DNA of 64,000 nt from Gammaproteobacteria bacterium (GCA_045107075.1 JBGCFV010000047.1:17351-81350); one strand, 5' to 3'; positions 9,601-18,604 are shown, numbered from the stretch's first letter. Notes: generated by a model from the sequence alone, not told the origin. Made by a program: numbers and translations.

Positions 9601-10601
9601 GGGTCACCATCGTTGTCGAGGTCACGTATAAACGCAAAGCCGTGCTTGCCGTTGTCACCAATCATGTCAGGGTCAAGTCGTTTCAGGTAGTCGACGAACC
9701 CACCGGTCATGGTTCCTTCGCTTATAAACGCCGTTGGACTGAAGTTGTCGGCATAGACTCGCATGTCAATCATGTTGTCGCCGTTAAAATCGGCGCCAAC
9801 AGGCATGTAGGTCAGGTTGTCGAGGTCGAGGTTCTGTATTCCGGAGTTTGGAAAGTTGCCGTTGCCGTCATTGTAGAATATTGACTGCACGTTCTCTGAG
9901 CCGGCGATACCAATAATGTCCACATCTCCGTCATTTTCAATATCAGCGAGCTGGATCTTGCCCACCGAGTCGAGCACGTTAGAGCCAAGGCGACCGGTGG
10001 TTTCATTCGTAAACACGCCGCTGCCATTGTTGACCAGGTAGTTGCGACTACCGTTTGAACGCAACAGGATAAAATCCATGTCTTCGTCACCGTCCAGGTC
10101 GGCTGACTCAACCATCGTCACACGGCTTGACGCAACGCTTACCGTAGTGCCGCCGTCAAAACCCAACCAGTTGCCGTTACCGTCATCACCGTTGTTCAAA
10201 TAAAGTGCGGGACGTTCGTCGACTCGACCAAAAAACAAATCGCTCCAGCCGTCGCTATTGACGTCGACAATTTCAACGTCGTAGCTGTTACTGCCGAGCC
10301 CCGTGCCGCCAAACAGCGCAGCGCTATTGGTAAGCACTCCGTTTAGATTGAGAAACAGTCGCGGCACGTCACCACGGCGAGCGACAACAATGTCCTCAAT
10401 GCCGTCGTTGTTCACATCACCAAGCGCGAGCTTTTTAACGCGGGTATCACTAACGGACACGCCGGCCAGATCAAGGTGATTTGTAGTGCGTTCATCGAAC
10501 ACCGGTTCGGCGAAAACACTTACGGACAAAGCCAGCCCTGTAAGACCCAACAACAAACGTTCGCGCGCGCGAGTGAATCGGCGAGAATCTTTATACGTCA
10601 T
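6609..10601 (-). CDS. giant exported mosaic protein: FG-GAP/VCBS repeats, PKD, beta-propeller repeats, di-haem cytochrome c peroxidase-like domain, Ig-like domain, TSP3/dockerin-like C-terminal cassette
   Basis: Signal peptide (..LSVSVFAEP). Repeated Ca-loop motifs: DVNNDGIEDIVV, DVNSDGWSDLFF, DLDGDEDMDFIL, DIENDGDVDIIG, DLDNDGDPDYIM, DVNIDGNQDLVF. PKD-like YTFAEPGRYQVTVTLTD. Propeller-like repeats: GNHLYVVHEGSRSIHVLD and DGELLYVHNYLDRTVGVYD. Two CxxCH haem sites (CATCH at 7890-7904, CSRCH at 7510-7524) plus PYLHDGS, as in CCP/MauG enzymes. GLPAGLSINANTGVISG is Ig-like. The C-terminus is DNDSDGITDTLDNC..DSNGDGIGNVCD..DINGDGVVNFIDIAPFQSRFLNPPGPS. Confidence 0.85.
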   Translation of the reverse strand: MTYKDSRRFTRARERLLLGLTGLALSVSVFAEPVFDERTTNHLDLAGVSVSDTRVKKLALGDVNNDGIEDIVVARRGDVPRLFLNLNGVLTNSAALFGGTGLGSNSYDVEIVDVNSDGWSDLFFGRVDERPALYLNNGDDGNGNWLGFDGGTTVSVASSRVTMVESADLDGDEDMDFILLRSNGSRNYLVNNGSGVFTNETTGRLGSNVLDSVGKIQLADIENDGDVDIIGIAGSENVQSIFYNDGNGNFPNSGIQNLDLDNLTYMPVGADFNGDNMIDMRVYADNFSPTAFISEGTMTGGFVDYLKRLDPDMIGDNGKHGFAFIRDLDNDGDPDYIMSSIEMLGTGLNPDPRNELNEMVITTGNFSGNFDVFADPEWRVEESYDVVITDVNIDGNQDLVFAHEGRYAIYINDAAPAIVEFSGIVPVTLEAGVAGTMEVTVTGGVAPEFSWSISDGGKEFTGTDPTLEYTFAEPGRYQVTVTLTDTVGSDQFIFFQNVHAPLSATKPVSSSTILYQERAGADDLVWTVNTDNDSVTAINVPNKLFLQEISVGDNPTRIAQIDVNTLWAINRDSHSISEINTNTFAVSTVMSFDYGASPHSIVVNSDGTAAYVSLLAEQRVVKINLALNQIDSSLALDFRPRDLALNADGSELYVSRFITAPVPGESTRNVTTGGGGEVARVDTGGMTVLNTMVLAYNDEIDTQDSSRGVPNYVMGAALSPDATVGVVPSNISNIYRGSFRDGNPREHDRLVRSLLARLDMTAQQELVEERFDFDDNSQPTAALFGPNGNHLYVVHEGSRSIHVLDVYANQIIVTRTAGTAPRGIALSPDGELLYVHNYLDRTVGVYDASNLMQGIENSISLDAEVATVVAETLNPFVLTGKKLFFDAFDSRLSSQAYISCATCHDDAGHDGRTWDFSDGGEGLRNTIDLRGRGGIAHGNVHWTANFDEIHDFENDIRGVFDGTGLLSNADFALTSDTLGVPKSGLNVDLDALAGYTATLNSVGDSPNRASNGNLTTDGQAGQALFASSNCSRCHANSEFTDSPLGGFFHNVGTVDADTGGRLGTPLVDGGLDTPTLRGLWHGAPYLHDGSAATVQQAILAHTNEATVGIDVTSLGASDLDNLASYLLQIDDSEPAASAPNGNFPPYVLNPGTQQNNVGDVVNVAVTARDNNSGAISYVADGLPAGLSINANTGVISGATAGLGGTYTVTLTATTGSSGLQTSVSFEWLTVGDNDSDGITDTLDNCQLDANADQRDSNGDGIGNVCDFDFSNDCIVNFVDLAILTGDFLSTGDLDTDINGDGVVNFIDIAPFQSRFLNPPGPSALNTSCGT

Positions 10602-10911
10602 GACAACCTCTTATCCACGATTTAATGCCCCATGCCAGTACTCCGGCTTAAACAAGTCTGACGCCTGTTGTTTTTTTCGTGTGACGTTCGAGACCCGACT
10701 ACCCCTAACTCTAGCAAAAAATGCCGGCCCACCTTCTGAATGGTCGGTTTTTCAGCACATTACGTAGATTGACTTTGGTTATACCAACCGTACCGACCAG
10801 CCGATTCGTGTGGCGCAAAACCAAGACAAAGGCTGCAATGGTCTCGATCGCCCTTTATACCTGCAAAACCTTGCAGCTATGCCGCCAAAAATGAATGTTT
10901 TCCAAACAAAT

Positions 10912-10934
10912 ACAGCCGCCCCAAGGGCGGCTGT
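10912..10934. terminator. bidirectional hairpin terminator candidate downstream of sppA
   Basis: ACAGCCGCCC (10912-10921) pairs with GGGCGGCTGT (10925-10934). Both flanks are T/A-rich (TATTTCGTTT on plus, ATTTGTTTGG on minus). Confidence 0.45.
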
Positions 10935-11044
10935 TATTTCGTTTGGAATGTTCTCGTGCTATACAAAACAACAGGCTGTTGCTGGACAACGCAAAGCACC
11001 TTGTATCACAGGCCCTGACCGAGCCGACCTCAGCCGGACATGAA

Positions 11045-12898
11045 TTAGTCCAATGCGCAAAAACAGTGGAGATAAAGGTGCGACGGGTCGTTGAATCGAG
11101 CAATGGCGTTTATGTCATCGCTGAGGTCGCGAAACACCCAGGACTGCATTACTTCGCTTAAACCGACGCGATTACTGCGCGCACTCACATTGCCTTTCCA
11201 AGCCGTCATACGAGTGGAGAACATCAGCGTCAGGCGCTCTTCGAATGTCATCTCGCGTTCAACGTAGTGAGGGACATAGTTTTCGCCAATGCCGGCTAAC
11301 TGCGCCGCCGACAAGACACCGTCTTCAAGCGTTCCAAGTCTATCAACCAGGCCAATGTCCAGCGCGTCTTTACCACTCCACACGCGACCCCGAGCAATCT
11401 TGTCGATTTCTTCAATGGTCATGTTACGAGCTCTTGCTACATTTGAGATAAATTGAAGGTACCCGTTCTCCATGCTTTTTTGCATGATTGTTTTAACGTC
11501 CTCCGACAGCTCGCGGTCAACCCTGAACGAACCGCTCATGCTGGTAGTACCAACACCGTCAACATTAATGCCAGCACGAGCCAGAGTGCGTTGAAAGGTT
11601 GGAATAAAACCGCCAATGCCAATGGAACCTGTGATGGTGTTTTCACTCGCCCAGATTTCGTCGGCTTCCATCGCGATCCAGTAGCCGCCCGAGGCCGCAA
11701 CGGCACTCATAACAGCCACAAACGGTCGACCGGTATCTTTCCATAGCCGGGTTTCACGCTGAACAATTTCAGAAGCAAACTTTGAGCCACCACCGCTGTT
11801 GACGTACAGAACCAGCGCTTTGAGAGATTCATCTTTACGGGCCTTACGAATAAGCCGGGCAAGTGAATCACCACCAATGGACCCAGGAGGTTGGTCGCCG
11901 TCCATAATGTTGCCTGAAGCGACAATCACACCCACTTTTTGCTCGCCACCGGGAATCGACACGTTGCGATCCAGCAGGGCCGCGTAGCTACCCATGTCGA
12001 TGGACGCATAACCGCCGCTCTCGGTGTCCACCTTAACGTGTTTTAAAACGCGCTCACGAAACTCGTCGCGTTGAATCAATTCATCGACAATGCCAGCGTC
12101 AATTGCAGGCTTGGCCAGATCGCCGTTACTTGCGACCACCAGATCCGCAATATTGTTCGCGTAGTTCGCAACAGAACCGGGCTCTATGCCTCGTGCGGCC
12201 TCCACGTCAGCTTGAAACGAAGACCAGAGCTGATTCATCCATACCAAGCTCGACGAACGATCTTCTGGCGACATGTCATTTCGAAAATACGGCTCAATAA
12301 ATGACTTGTACTCCCCGACTTTGAACACGTTCCAATCAATAGAGAGCTTTTCAATTGCGTCTTTATAGTAGGTGCGAAAGCGACCGAAGCCGTCGAGAAA
12401 TACCGCCCCTGACGGATGCAGGTAAACTTCGTCAGCGTGCGAAGCAATCAGATATTGCCCCTGGCTGTAAAAATCCCCGTAGGCAAACACTCGCTTGCCA
12501 GAGGTTTTAAAGTCGTCAATGGCATTACCAACCAGCTGAAGATTAGTCATACCGGCGCCAGCCATACTGCTCATGTCCATCACAACCGCACTAATATTGC
12601 TGTCGTTTTTGGCGGCTTTTAATACTCGCAGCACGTCGCGTACGAGCGTTTGCGCTTCACTGCGTCCGGTCAGACCGTCTAGCGCGCGCTGCACAGGGTC
12701 ACCAGACAGCTGGTCAACAAGAGGCCCCTGCGGATTCAGAAGCAGCGCTGAACCGCTATCGAGAGCGATCTTTGGTCCGCCCATCAATGAGGCCGCAATA
12801 AGGAAAAAGGTAAGCACCATCAGAACGAAATGCACCGACTTACGGAAAACGTCCAATCCTTTGCCGATACCTTTAAAAAAACCTGCTATGACTGACAT
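11045..12898 (-). CDS. sppA: signal peptide peptidase SppA, 67K type (protease IV)
   Basis: 617 aa with an N-terminal TM helix and two S49 peptidase halves. The second half has GGSKFASE and AASGGYWIAMEADEIWA, typical of SppA. Confidence 0.85.
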   Translation of the reverse strand: MSVIAGFFKGIGKGLDVFRKSVHFVLMVLTFFLIAASLMGGPKIALDSGSALLLNPQGPLVDQLSGDPVQRALDGLTGRSEAQTLVRDVLRVLKAAKNDSNISAVVMDMSSMAGAGMTNLQLVGNAIDDFKTSGKRVFAYGDFYSQGQYLIASHADEVYLHPSGAVFLDGFGRFRTYYKDAIEKLSIDWNVFKVGEYKSFIEPYFRNDMSPEDRSSSLVWMNQLWSSFQADVEAARGIEPGSVANYANNIADLVVASNGDLAKPAIDAGIVDELIQRDEFRERVLKHVKVDTESGGYASIDMGSYAALLDRNVSIPGGEQKVGVIVASGNIMDGDQPPGSIGGDSLARLIRKARKDESLKALVLYVNSGGGSKFASEIVQRETRLWKDTGRPFVAVMSAVAASGGYWIAMEADEIWASENTITGSIGIGGFIPTFQRTLARAGINVDGVGTTSMSGSFRVDRELSEDVKTIMQKSMENGYLQFISNVARARNMTIEEIDKIARGRVWSGKDALDIGLVDRLGTLEDGVLSAAQLAGIGENYVPHYVEREMTFEERLTLMFSTRMTAWKGNVSARSNRVGLSEVMQSWVFRDLSDDINAIARFNDPSHLYLHCFCALD

Positions 12899-12930
12899 TC
12901 AAACCTCTCAGGCCGACAGCGTGCTGCCAG

Positions 12931-14184
12931 CTACTTAAACCAAACGGACAAAGCGGGTACGAACGTAATGATCAGTACCGCGACAAATAAAATTAACAGG
13001 AATGGCAGCGTGGCGCTGTATACCTTCATAATGGGGGTATTAAATCGGTAGCTGGCGATAAACAGATTCAACCCTACCGGAGGAGTCAGGTAACCCAACT
13101 GCATGGCCGCCAAAAACATAATGCCGAGGTGCAGCGGGTCTACGCCGTACTGAGCCGCTATCGGCAGTACGAGAGGAACCACCAACACAATGGCTGAAAA
13201 AATATCAAGAATCGCGCCGAGAACCAGAAGAAACAGTAGCAAGTACAGCAGGAAGCTAATGCGCCCCGCTACATGCGATTCGGTGAACGCAAACAGCTTC
13301 TCGGGAATGCCTGCGTCAATCATGTAATTGGTAGACGCAAACGACACGCCTAAAATCAATAAGATGCCACCTACTAACATCATCGATTCTCTGGCAATGT
13401 CAGGCAGTTCGCTAAATTTGATTTCCCGTCGAATAAACACCTCGACCACGATTACGTACAAAGCGGTTACCGCCGCGGCCTCGGAAACAGCCAGATATCC
13501 TGAGTAGATGCCACCCAGAACAATAAACGGCAGCGGCAATTCAAGTGCGGATTCTCGCAAGGCACCGAGCACTTCGCGACCGGAAAAACTGTCAAAAGAC
13601 GTGCGATTGTGACGCTGTGTCCACATGCAGTACGCCGCCAGCAGTACAAGCATTAACACGCCCGGAACAGCGCCCGCTAAAAACAAATCGTCAATGGGTT
13701 GCTTGGCAACGACGCCGTACAAAATAATCGGAAGTGAGGGTGCAAACAGCAGGCCAAGACTACCGCCAGAAGTCACCAGTCCTAAATTAAATTTGTCGTC
13801 GTGGCCAGCCTGCTGAAGAGCCGGATACAAAATCGCGCCAAGCGCAATAATAGTGACTCCGGACGCACCGGTAAACGCGGTGAAAAAAGCACACGCAGCT
13901 AACGCGACAATTGGCAGCCCTCCAGGCACCCAACCAAGCAGAGCCTGAGTGAAACGCACGAGGCGTCCAGGCGCATCGCTTTCACTTAGAATGTAGCCAG
14001 CCAGCGTAAACAAGGGAATTGCCAGCAAGATGGGGGTTTCAGCAATACTGAACACCTCAACCGGCACCGACGTCAAACTGACGTCCTGACGATAAAAGCC
14101 CCACAAGGCACTCGCCGCAATAATCACAAACAGCGGTGCACCGAGCAACGCCAACACGATTAAAATAATTCCGCTAAAGATCAT
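12931..14184 (-). CDS. dctM: TRAP transporter large permease subunit (DctM family)
   Basis: Polytopic membrane protein with the usual DctM start (MIFSGIILIVLALLGAPLFV). I chose the ATG at 14184-14182, which forms an ATGA overlap with the dctQ stop. The track ORF extends to 14286, inside dctQ. Confidence 0.85.
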   Translation of the reverse strand: MIFSGIILIVLALLGAPLFVIIAASALWGFYRQDVSLTSVPVEVFSIAETPILLAIPLFTLAGYILSESDAPGRLVRFTQALLGWVPGGLPIVALAACAFFTAFTGASGVTIIALGAILYPALQQAGHDDKFNLGLVTSGGSLGLLFAPSLPIILYGVVAKQPIDDLFLAGAVPGVLMLVLLAAYCMWTQRHNRTSFDSFSGREVLGALRESALELPLPFIVLGGIYSGYLAVSEAAAVTALYVIVVEVFIRREIKFSELPDIARESMMLVGGILLILGVSFASTNYMIDAGIPEKLFAFTESHVAGRISFLLYLLLFLLVLGAILDIFSAIVLVVPLVLPIAAQYGVDPLHLGIMFLAAMQLGYLTPPVGLNLFIASYRFNTPIMKVYSATLPFLLILFVAVLIITFVPALSVWFK

Positions 14185-14681
14185 TCCGCGGCTCCAGTGT
14201 GCCCACCCAGTCTGCGAAATGACCAAAGAAGATAGCGCCAGGCCATAAGCCCAAAACCAACGGGTAAAATACTTTGGAACCACCACAGAGGCTGGGTGCC
14301 AAACGCGAGGTCTTCGTACTCACGCGTTTCCACCACGAATTGAAAACTGTAGTACGCCAGTACACCGCAAATAACCGCTGTAAATACATCTACTAAAAAG
14401 TTGGTCCAGCGTAAAATCCTGGGAGACATAAATCGCGACAACACATCAATTCGCAGATGCCGGTGATCACGTGAAGCGGCTATAGAACCCAGCAGCGCAA
14501 CCCACAAAACCGTAAGCCGTAAGAACTCGTCCGCCCACACAAACCCGGTGTTGAGCACATTACGAGTGAAAATTTGCCACACTGCGACGCCCAGCATCAA
14601 AGCCAGCATGACCATAAGCAGAGCGTTTTCAGCGAGCCGGCCGTAACGATCGAGCGCACTCAACGCCGAAGGTTTACTCAT
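14181..14681 (-). CDS. dctQ: TRAP transporter small permease subunit (DctQ family)
   Basis: 166 aa with four TM helices, lying between the DctP-like and DctM-like genes. It overlaps both neighbours by 4 nt. Confidence 0.75.
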   Translation of the reverse strand: MSKPSALSALDRYGRLAENALLMVMLALMLGVAVWQIFTRNVLNTGFVWADEFLRLTVLWVALLGSIAASRDHRHLRIDVLSRFMSPRILRWTNFLVDVFTAVICGVLAYYSFQFVVETREYEDLAFGTQPLWWFQSILPVGFGLMAWRYLLWSFRRLGGHTGAAE

Positions 14682-15709
14682 TTTGTTGCGGCAGAGGCGC
14701 GTGACCTGTGGGTTTCTAGCAGCGTTTCCAGCTCCTGCAATTTGTCAGCCGGAATAACTTTGGTCTTGGCCATGTCTCTCCAAAGCTCACGAGAGCCGTT
14801 CTTGAGTTCGTCAAGCAAGCCCGGCTCCGGCTCCACCAGCGTCAGACCACTTCCCAGAAGCGCTTCCATAGCTTTCGCGTTGTCCGGCTCGTTCTGTTTG
14901 TCGAAGTTGGCGTATACTTTTTCAAACACATCGGAAACAATTTTTTGATCCGAAGGTGACAATTTTTTAAAGTGTTTGTCTTCGACAACCATAACGGCAA
15001 ACAAATACGACAAAGGCATGGTGGAGATGTGTGACACTTTTGTGTGCCACTGTAGAACTAGCGCACCAATTGCCGATGAACCAATCACATCAATGAGACC
15101 AGTTTGCAAACCTGTCAACACGTCCGTCGTTGGTAGCGTCACCGGCGACAACCCGAATCGTTCCATGGCGGCGTAACTGATTACGTCACCTTCAGGTACC
15201 CAAACGCGTTTACCTTTTAAATCGTCAATGTTCTTGACCGGATAATTCGACATGATTTGGGCGAACCCGCCGGTTGCCAGACCAAACGAAACAAGGCCGG
15301 AATCGAGCAGGCCTTGCTTAATGTATCCGTCCATAGAACTGCGTACAAAGTTCGCTTCCGCCATGTCGTTGAACACCAACGGCATACCGTAAAGATTCAT
15401 GCCCGGAAAACGCTCAGCTAGAGAACCCGCCGTAAAGGCGCCGCCATGAAGCTGACCGTTACGCATTTTGCGCATGACTTTCTTGTCATTGCCCATGACA
15501 CCGCCACCGTAAAACTTAAACTTCACTCGGCCGTCGGTTTGCTTGGCAATCTCTTTCGCACCGGCTTTCATCTGGTTCATCCAGTCGGAGCCTTCAGGCG
15601 CAAGCGTCGCAATTTTGAACGTCTTCGTTTGCGCGGCCACGTTGGCCGAGAACAAAGACATAGCAATCAGTGCCACTGCACTTAGTAACGTTTTCATGTT
15701 GGTTCTCAT
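14678..15709 (-). CDS. dctP: TRAP transporter substrate-binding protein (DctP family)
   Basis: 343 aa with a signal peptide (..SANVAAQT). It has DctP-like blocks (KIATLAPEGS, GQLHGGAFT, KRVWVPEGD) and sits first in the DctPQM order. Confidence 0.8.
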   Translation of the reverse strand: MRTNMKTLLSAVALIAMSLFSANVAAQTKTFKIATLAPEGSDWMNQMKAGAKEIAKQTDGRVKFKFYGGGVMGNDKKVMRKMRNGQLHGGAFTAGSLAERFPGMNLYGMPLVFNDMAEANFVRSSMDGYIKQGLLDSGLVSFGLATGGFAQIMSNYPVKNIDDLKGKRVWVPEGDVISYAAMERFGLSPVTLPTTDVLTGLQTGLIDVIGSSAIGALVLQWHTKVSHISTMPLSYLFAVMVVEDKHFKKLSPSDQKIVSDVFEKVYANFDKQNEPDNAKAMEALLGSGLTLVEPEPGLLDELKNGSRELWRDMAKTKVIPADKLQELETLLETHRSRASAATK

Positions 15710-15710
15710 A

Positions 15711-16577
15711 TCAAAAATACTCTTCAGCTGATTCCAGCAACCGTTTGGCCTCGTCCTGCGCCATTACGTTCAAAAGCGTACTGGCGCCCAATCGGGGGTC
15801 GGCGGCCAATACTTCATTCAGAAGTTTATCGTGCAACTCCCTTTCGTAGAGAGTTCGAGCGTAAAATCTTGCATAGCTGACTTTGGCACTCAAGTCCGTA
15901 CCTTCTGAAAGCTCGATGGCCCGTTCAAAATAAGCTTGCCCCTTCTCAGGGTTTCCACCTAGCGCAGCAGGCCGAATAGAGTTCAAGACCCCCAAATACA
16001 GCGTAATATTTCCTTCTTCGTAGCCGTCGTTAATGTCGCCGAGACGATTAAGTAACGCTTCCGCTTTCGGTAGCTGGGCCAAAACGGCGTAATCGCTTGC
16101 GTTTGACTGCACAAAGGTTAGCCAGCTGGTCGCCACACCAAACAAGGCCTCCGCATCTTTTGGCCCTCTGTCCGCCAGAAAGGCGTTCCAGTCGTCAAAA
16201 CTGATCGAGCGGATGTCACACCCTTGAGGATACTCAACGCAAAGCGCGTGCTGGGCGTAACCCCACGCACGAGCCGTGAGCTTTTGAGCTCGCACCGGAT
16301 CGTCTACAAACACGCTGCCATACGCTGAGTAGAGGGCAGCCGTGTTGTAGAGCATTGCCGGATTGTCAGGGTCACCCTGTACAAACGAGTCAAGCATCAG
16401 CAAATAGGCTGGCGCCGCCTGTCGCACGGTCTCTGGATCGTCCTGATCCATCATCGACCGCGTCAGGTTAGTGGCAACGCCGTCAACCGCGTTGTCGATG
16501 ATCGAACCGCACCCGCCCAGAAACAGGGCCGACAAGACGCCAACCCAGACCAGGCGGTGATTTACCTTTCGTAACAT
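15711..16577 (-). CDS. TatT-like TPR lipoprotein associated with the TRAP transporter
   Basis: 288 aa with a lipobox (LFLGGCGS) and an all-helical TPR-like body. It lies immediately upstream of dctP with a 1-nt gap, the arrangement described for TPR-protein-associated TRAP (TPAT) systems. Confidence 0.6.
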   Translation of the reverse strand: MLRKVNHRLVWVGVLSALFLGGCGSIIDNAVDGVATNLTRSMMDQDDPETVRQAAPAYLLMLDSFVQGDPDNPAMLYNTAALYSAYGSVFVDDPVRAQKLTARAWGYAQHALCVEYPQGCDIRSISFDDWNAFLADRGPKDAEALFGVATSWLTFVQSNASDYAVLAQLPKAEALLNRLGDINDGYEEGNITLYLGVLNSIRPAALGGNPEKGQAYFERAIELSEGTDLSAKVSYARFYARTLYERELHDKLLNEVLAADPRLGASTLLNVMAQDEAKRLLESAEEYF

Positions 16578-16646
16578 TCGTGCTTCTCCCGCGAAGTACC
16601 TGCACCCGCGTATTTGAGTCCCTGCACTGCAGAGAGTTCCTGATTA

Positions 16647-18500
16647 TCAGTCACTTACCGACAATATTACCTGATTTACCCGCTTTACAAAGGCCGCCGG
16701 ATCGCTAAGTTGGCCACCCTCCGCCAAAATCGCCTGTTCATAAACAAGAGACGAGTACTGTTTGAACAGCTCATCGTCTGTCACTTCACCCATGCGTACG
16801 ATTAAAGGATGTGTCGGATTCAGCTCGAGCACGGGCTTGGCCGACGGCATTGCCTGGCCCGCTTCCTCCAGCATGCGCTGAAGAAAACCGCTCGGCGCGC
16901 CTTCCTGAGCGACAACACAAGAAGGTGATTCCACCAGTCTCTTCGACAGTCGCACGTCCTCTACTTTGTCACTTAACAGCGTCTGCACGCGAGCGACCAG
17001 TTCCTTGTATTCTTCGTCCAGTTGCTTACTGCTTTCGTCCTCGGCGTCGTCTTCGCCGAGATCAATGTCGCCCTGAGCCGCCGAGCGCAGCGTTTTACCT
17101 TCGTACTCGTGCAAGTGCGACACAAGCCACTCGTCAATGCGGTCTCCCAAAATCAGTACTTCAATACCTTTCGCTCGAAGCCCTTCAATGTGAGGACTCG
17201 AGGCCGCCCCTTCTTTGGTTTCACCCACCATGTAGTAAATCGGTTCTTGCGTGCTCTTCATACGACCAATGTAGTCATCAAGCGTTACCGTTTCATCGAG
17301 ATTGTCGTTGTGGGTAGAGGCAAAACGCAGCAGTGGCGCAATGCGGTCTTTGTTACCCGTATCTTCAACAATACCTTCCTTGAGAACGGCGCCGAACAGG
17401 TTCCAAAATTCGGTGTATTTGTCGGCGTCGTTTTTGCTCATTGACTCGAGCACACCGATGATTTTCTTAACCGAACCCGAACGAATCGCGTCAACTACAC
17501 GATTGGATTGTAAAATTTCCCGCGACACATTCAACGGCAAATCGTTTGAGTCGACTAGTCCGCGCACAAAACGCAGGTAGCGAGGCAACAGCTGCTCTTT
17601 GTCTTCGAGAACAAACACTCGCTGAATAAACAGCTTTATACCGTTTTGCTGCTCACGTTCGTACAGATCGAACGGGCGTGACCCTGGAATAAAGAACAAA
17701 GACGTGTACTCGTATTTGCCCTCTACACGGTTATGGCTCCACGCTAACGGCTCGTCCATGGCGTGCGCCATAGACTGGTAAAGATCTTTATACTGCTGCT
17801 CTTCAATTTCGTTCTTGGGTCGCTGCCACAGGGCCGTTGTGTCGTTAATCGTTTCAACTTCACCGTCTTCACCGGTCAGTGTAATCGGCACGGCAATGTG
17901 GTCTGAGTAACGCTTTACAATAAACTTCAATCGCATTTGGTCAGCAAACTCTTTGTCGTCTTCGCGAAGATGCAACGTGATGCGTGTGCCGCGCTGATCA
18001 AAGTCGCTGTCCTCGAGCGTGTATTCACCAGTGCCCTCTGACCTCCAGCGAACCGCTTCGGTGCTTCCGGCTCTGCGTGAGTCAACTACGACTCTTTCGG
18101 CCACAACAAACGCCGAGTAAAAGCCCACACCAAACTGACCGATAAGCTGTGCGTCTTTTTTCTGATCGCCGGTCAGTTCGTTCAAGTACTCACGGGTACC
18201 CGAACTGGCCACGGTACCCAGGAACTGCACAATCTCATCTTTGGACATGCCAATGCCGTTGTCGGTAATGGTGACCGTGCCGGCTTCCTTGTCGACATCT
18301 AGCGCGATACTGAAGTCTGAGCCTTCAGACAACAGCTCAGGGTTTTGGATACCTTCAAAACGCAGCTTGTCACATGCGTCAGACGCGTTAGAGACGAGTT
18401 CGCGCAGGAAAATTTCTTTATTCGAGTACAACGAGTGAATCATCAACTTCAAGAGTTGTTTCACTTCGGCCTGAAAGGCATGAGTTGTGGTGGTCGTCAT
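16647..18500 (-). CDS. htpG: molecular chaperone HtpG (Hsp90)
   Basis: Hsp90 signature YSNKEIFLRELVSNASDACDKLRF, the ATP lid GQFGVGFYSAF, and a full length of 617 aa. Confidence 0.95.
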   Translation of the reverse strand: MTTTTTHAFQAEVKQLLKLMIHSLYSNKEIFLRELVSNASDACDKLRFEGIQNPELLSEGSDFSIALDVDKEAGTVTITDNGIGMSKDEIVQFLGTVASSGTREYLNELTGDQKKDAQLIGQFGVGFYSAFVVAERVVVDSRRAGSTEAVRWRSEGTGEYTLEDSDFDQRGTRITLHLREDDKEFADQMRLKFIVKRYSDHIAVPITLTGEDGEVETINDTTALWQRPKNEIEEQQYKDLYQSMAHAMDEPLAWSHNRVEGKYEYTSLFFIPGSRPFDLYEREQQNGIKLFIQRVFVLEDKEQLLPRYLRFVRGLVDSNDLPLNVSREILQSNRVVDAIRSGSVKKIIGVLESMSKNDADKYTEFWNLFGAVLKEGIVEDTGNKDRIAPLLRFASTHNDNLDETVTLDDYIGRMKSTQEPIYYMVGETKEGAASSPHIEGLRAKGIEVLILGDRIDEWLVSHLHEYEGKTLRSAAQGDIDLGEDDAEDESSKQLDEEYKELVARVQTLLSDKVEDVRLSKRLVESPSCVVAQEGAPSGFLQRMLEEAGQAMPSAKPVLELNPTHPLIVRMGEVTDDELFKQYSSLVYEQAILAEGGQLSDPAAFVKRVNQVILSVSD

Positions 18501-18576
18501 GGTTCTTGTCCTGTCAAAAAGAGAGGGTTGGAAGATGTGGGCTTGGCGCTCATTGCGTCCGCACCGCTTGGCGGTG

Positions 18577-18604
18577 ATTTGGGGGTGATTCCCGGTAATT
18601 CAAG
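18577..18604 (-). promoter_or_regulatory. sigma-32 (heat-shock) type promoter candidate for htpG
   Basis: The minus strand reads CTTGAAT, a 13-nt spacer, then CCCCAAATC. The E. coli RpoH consensus is CTTGAA-N13-15-CCCCATNT. It lies about 80 nt upstream of the htpG start. Confidence 0.5.

Noticed and set aside
6606-10111. Numerous 60-130-aa plus-strand ORFs (for example 6871-7230, 8094-8450, 9105-9503) inside the 1330-aa gene. Similar antisense ORFs lie inside htpG, sppA, ffh, the CHAT gene and other large genes.
   Set aside because: These are shadow ORFs on the opposite strand of long, clearly coding, GC-rich genes. Their translations are low-complexity (Arg/Ser/Val-rich) with no motifs or RBS.
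10602-11044. Small ORFs 10810-11043, 10855-11103 and 10895-11161 in the gap between the giant gene and sppA.
   Set aside because: They overlap each other in different frames and strands, have no RBS or motifs, and the region contains the sppA terminator hairpin and the promoter of the giant gene.
14185-14286. The N-terminal 34-aa extension of the DctM ORF, overlapping dctQ by 106 nt.
   Set aside because: The internal ATG at 14184 gives a typical DctM N-terminus and an ATGA stop/start overlap with dctQ. The extension is therefore unlikely to be translated.
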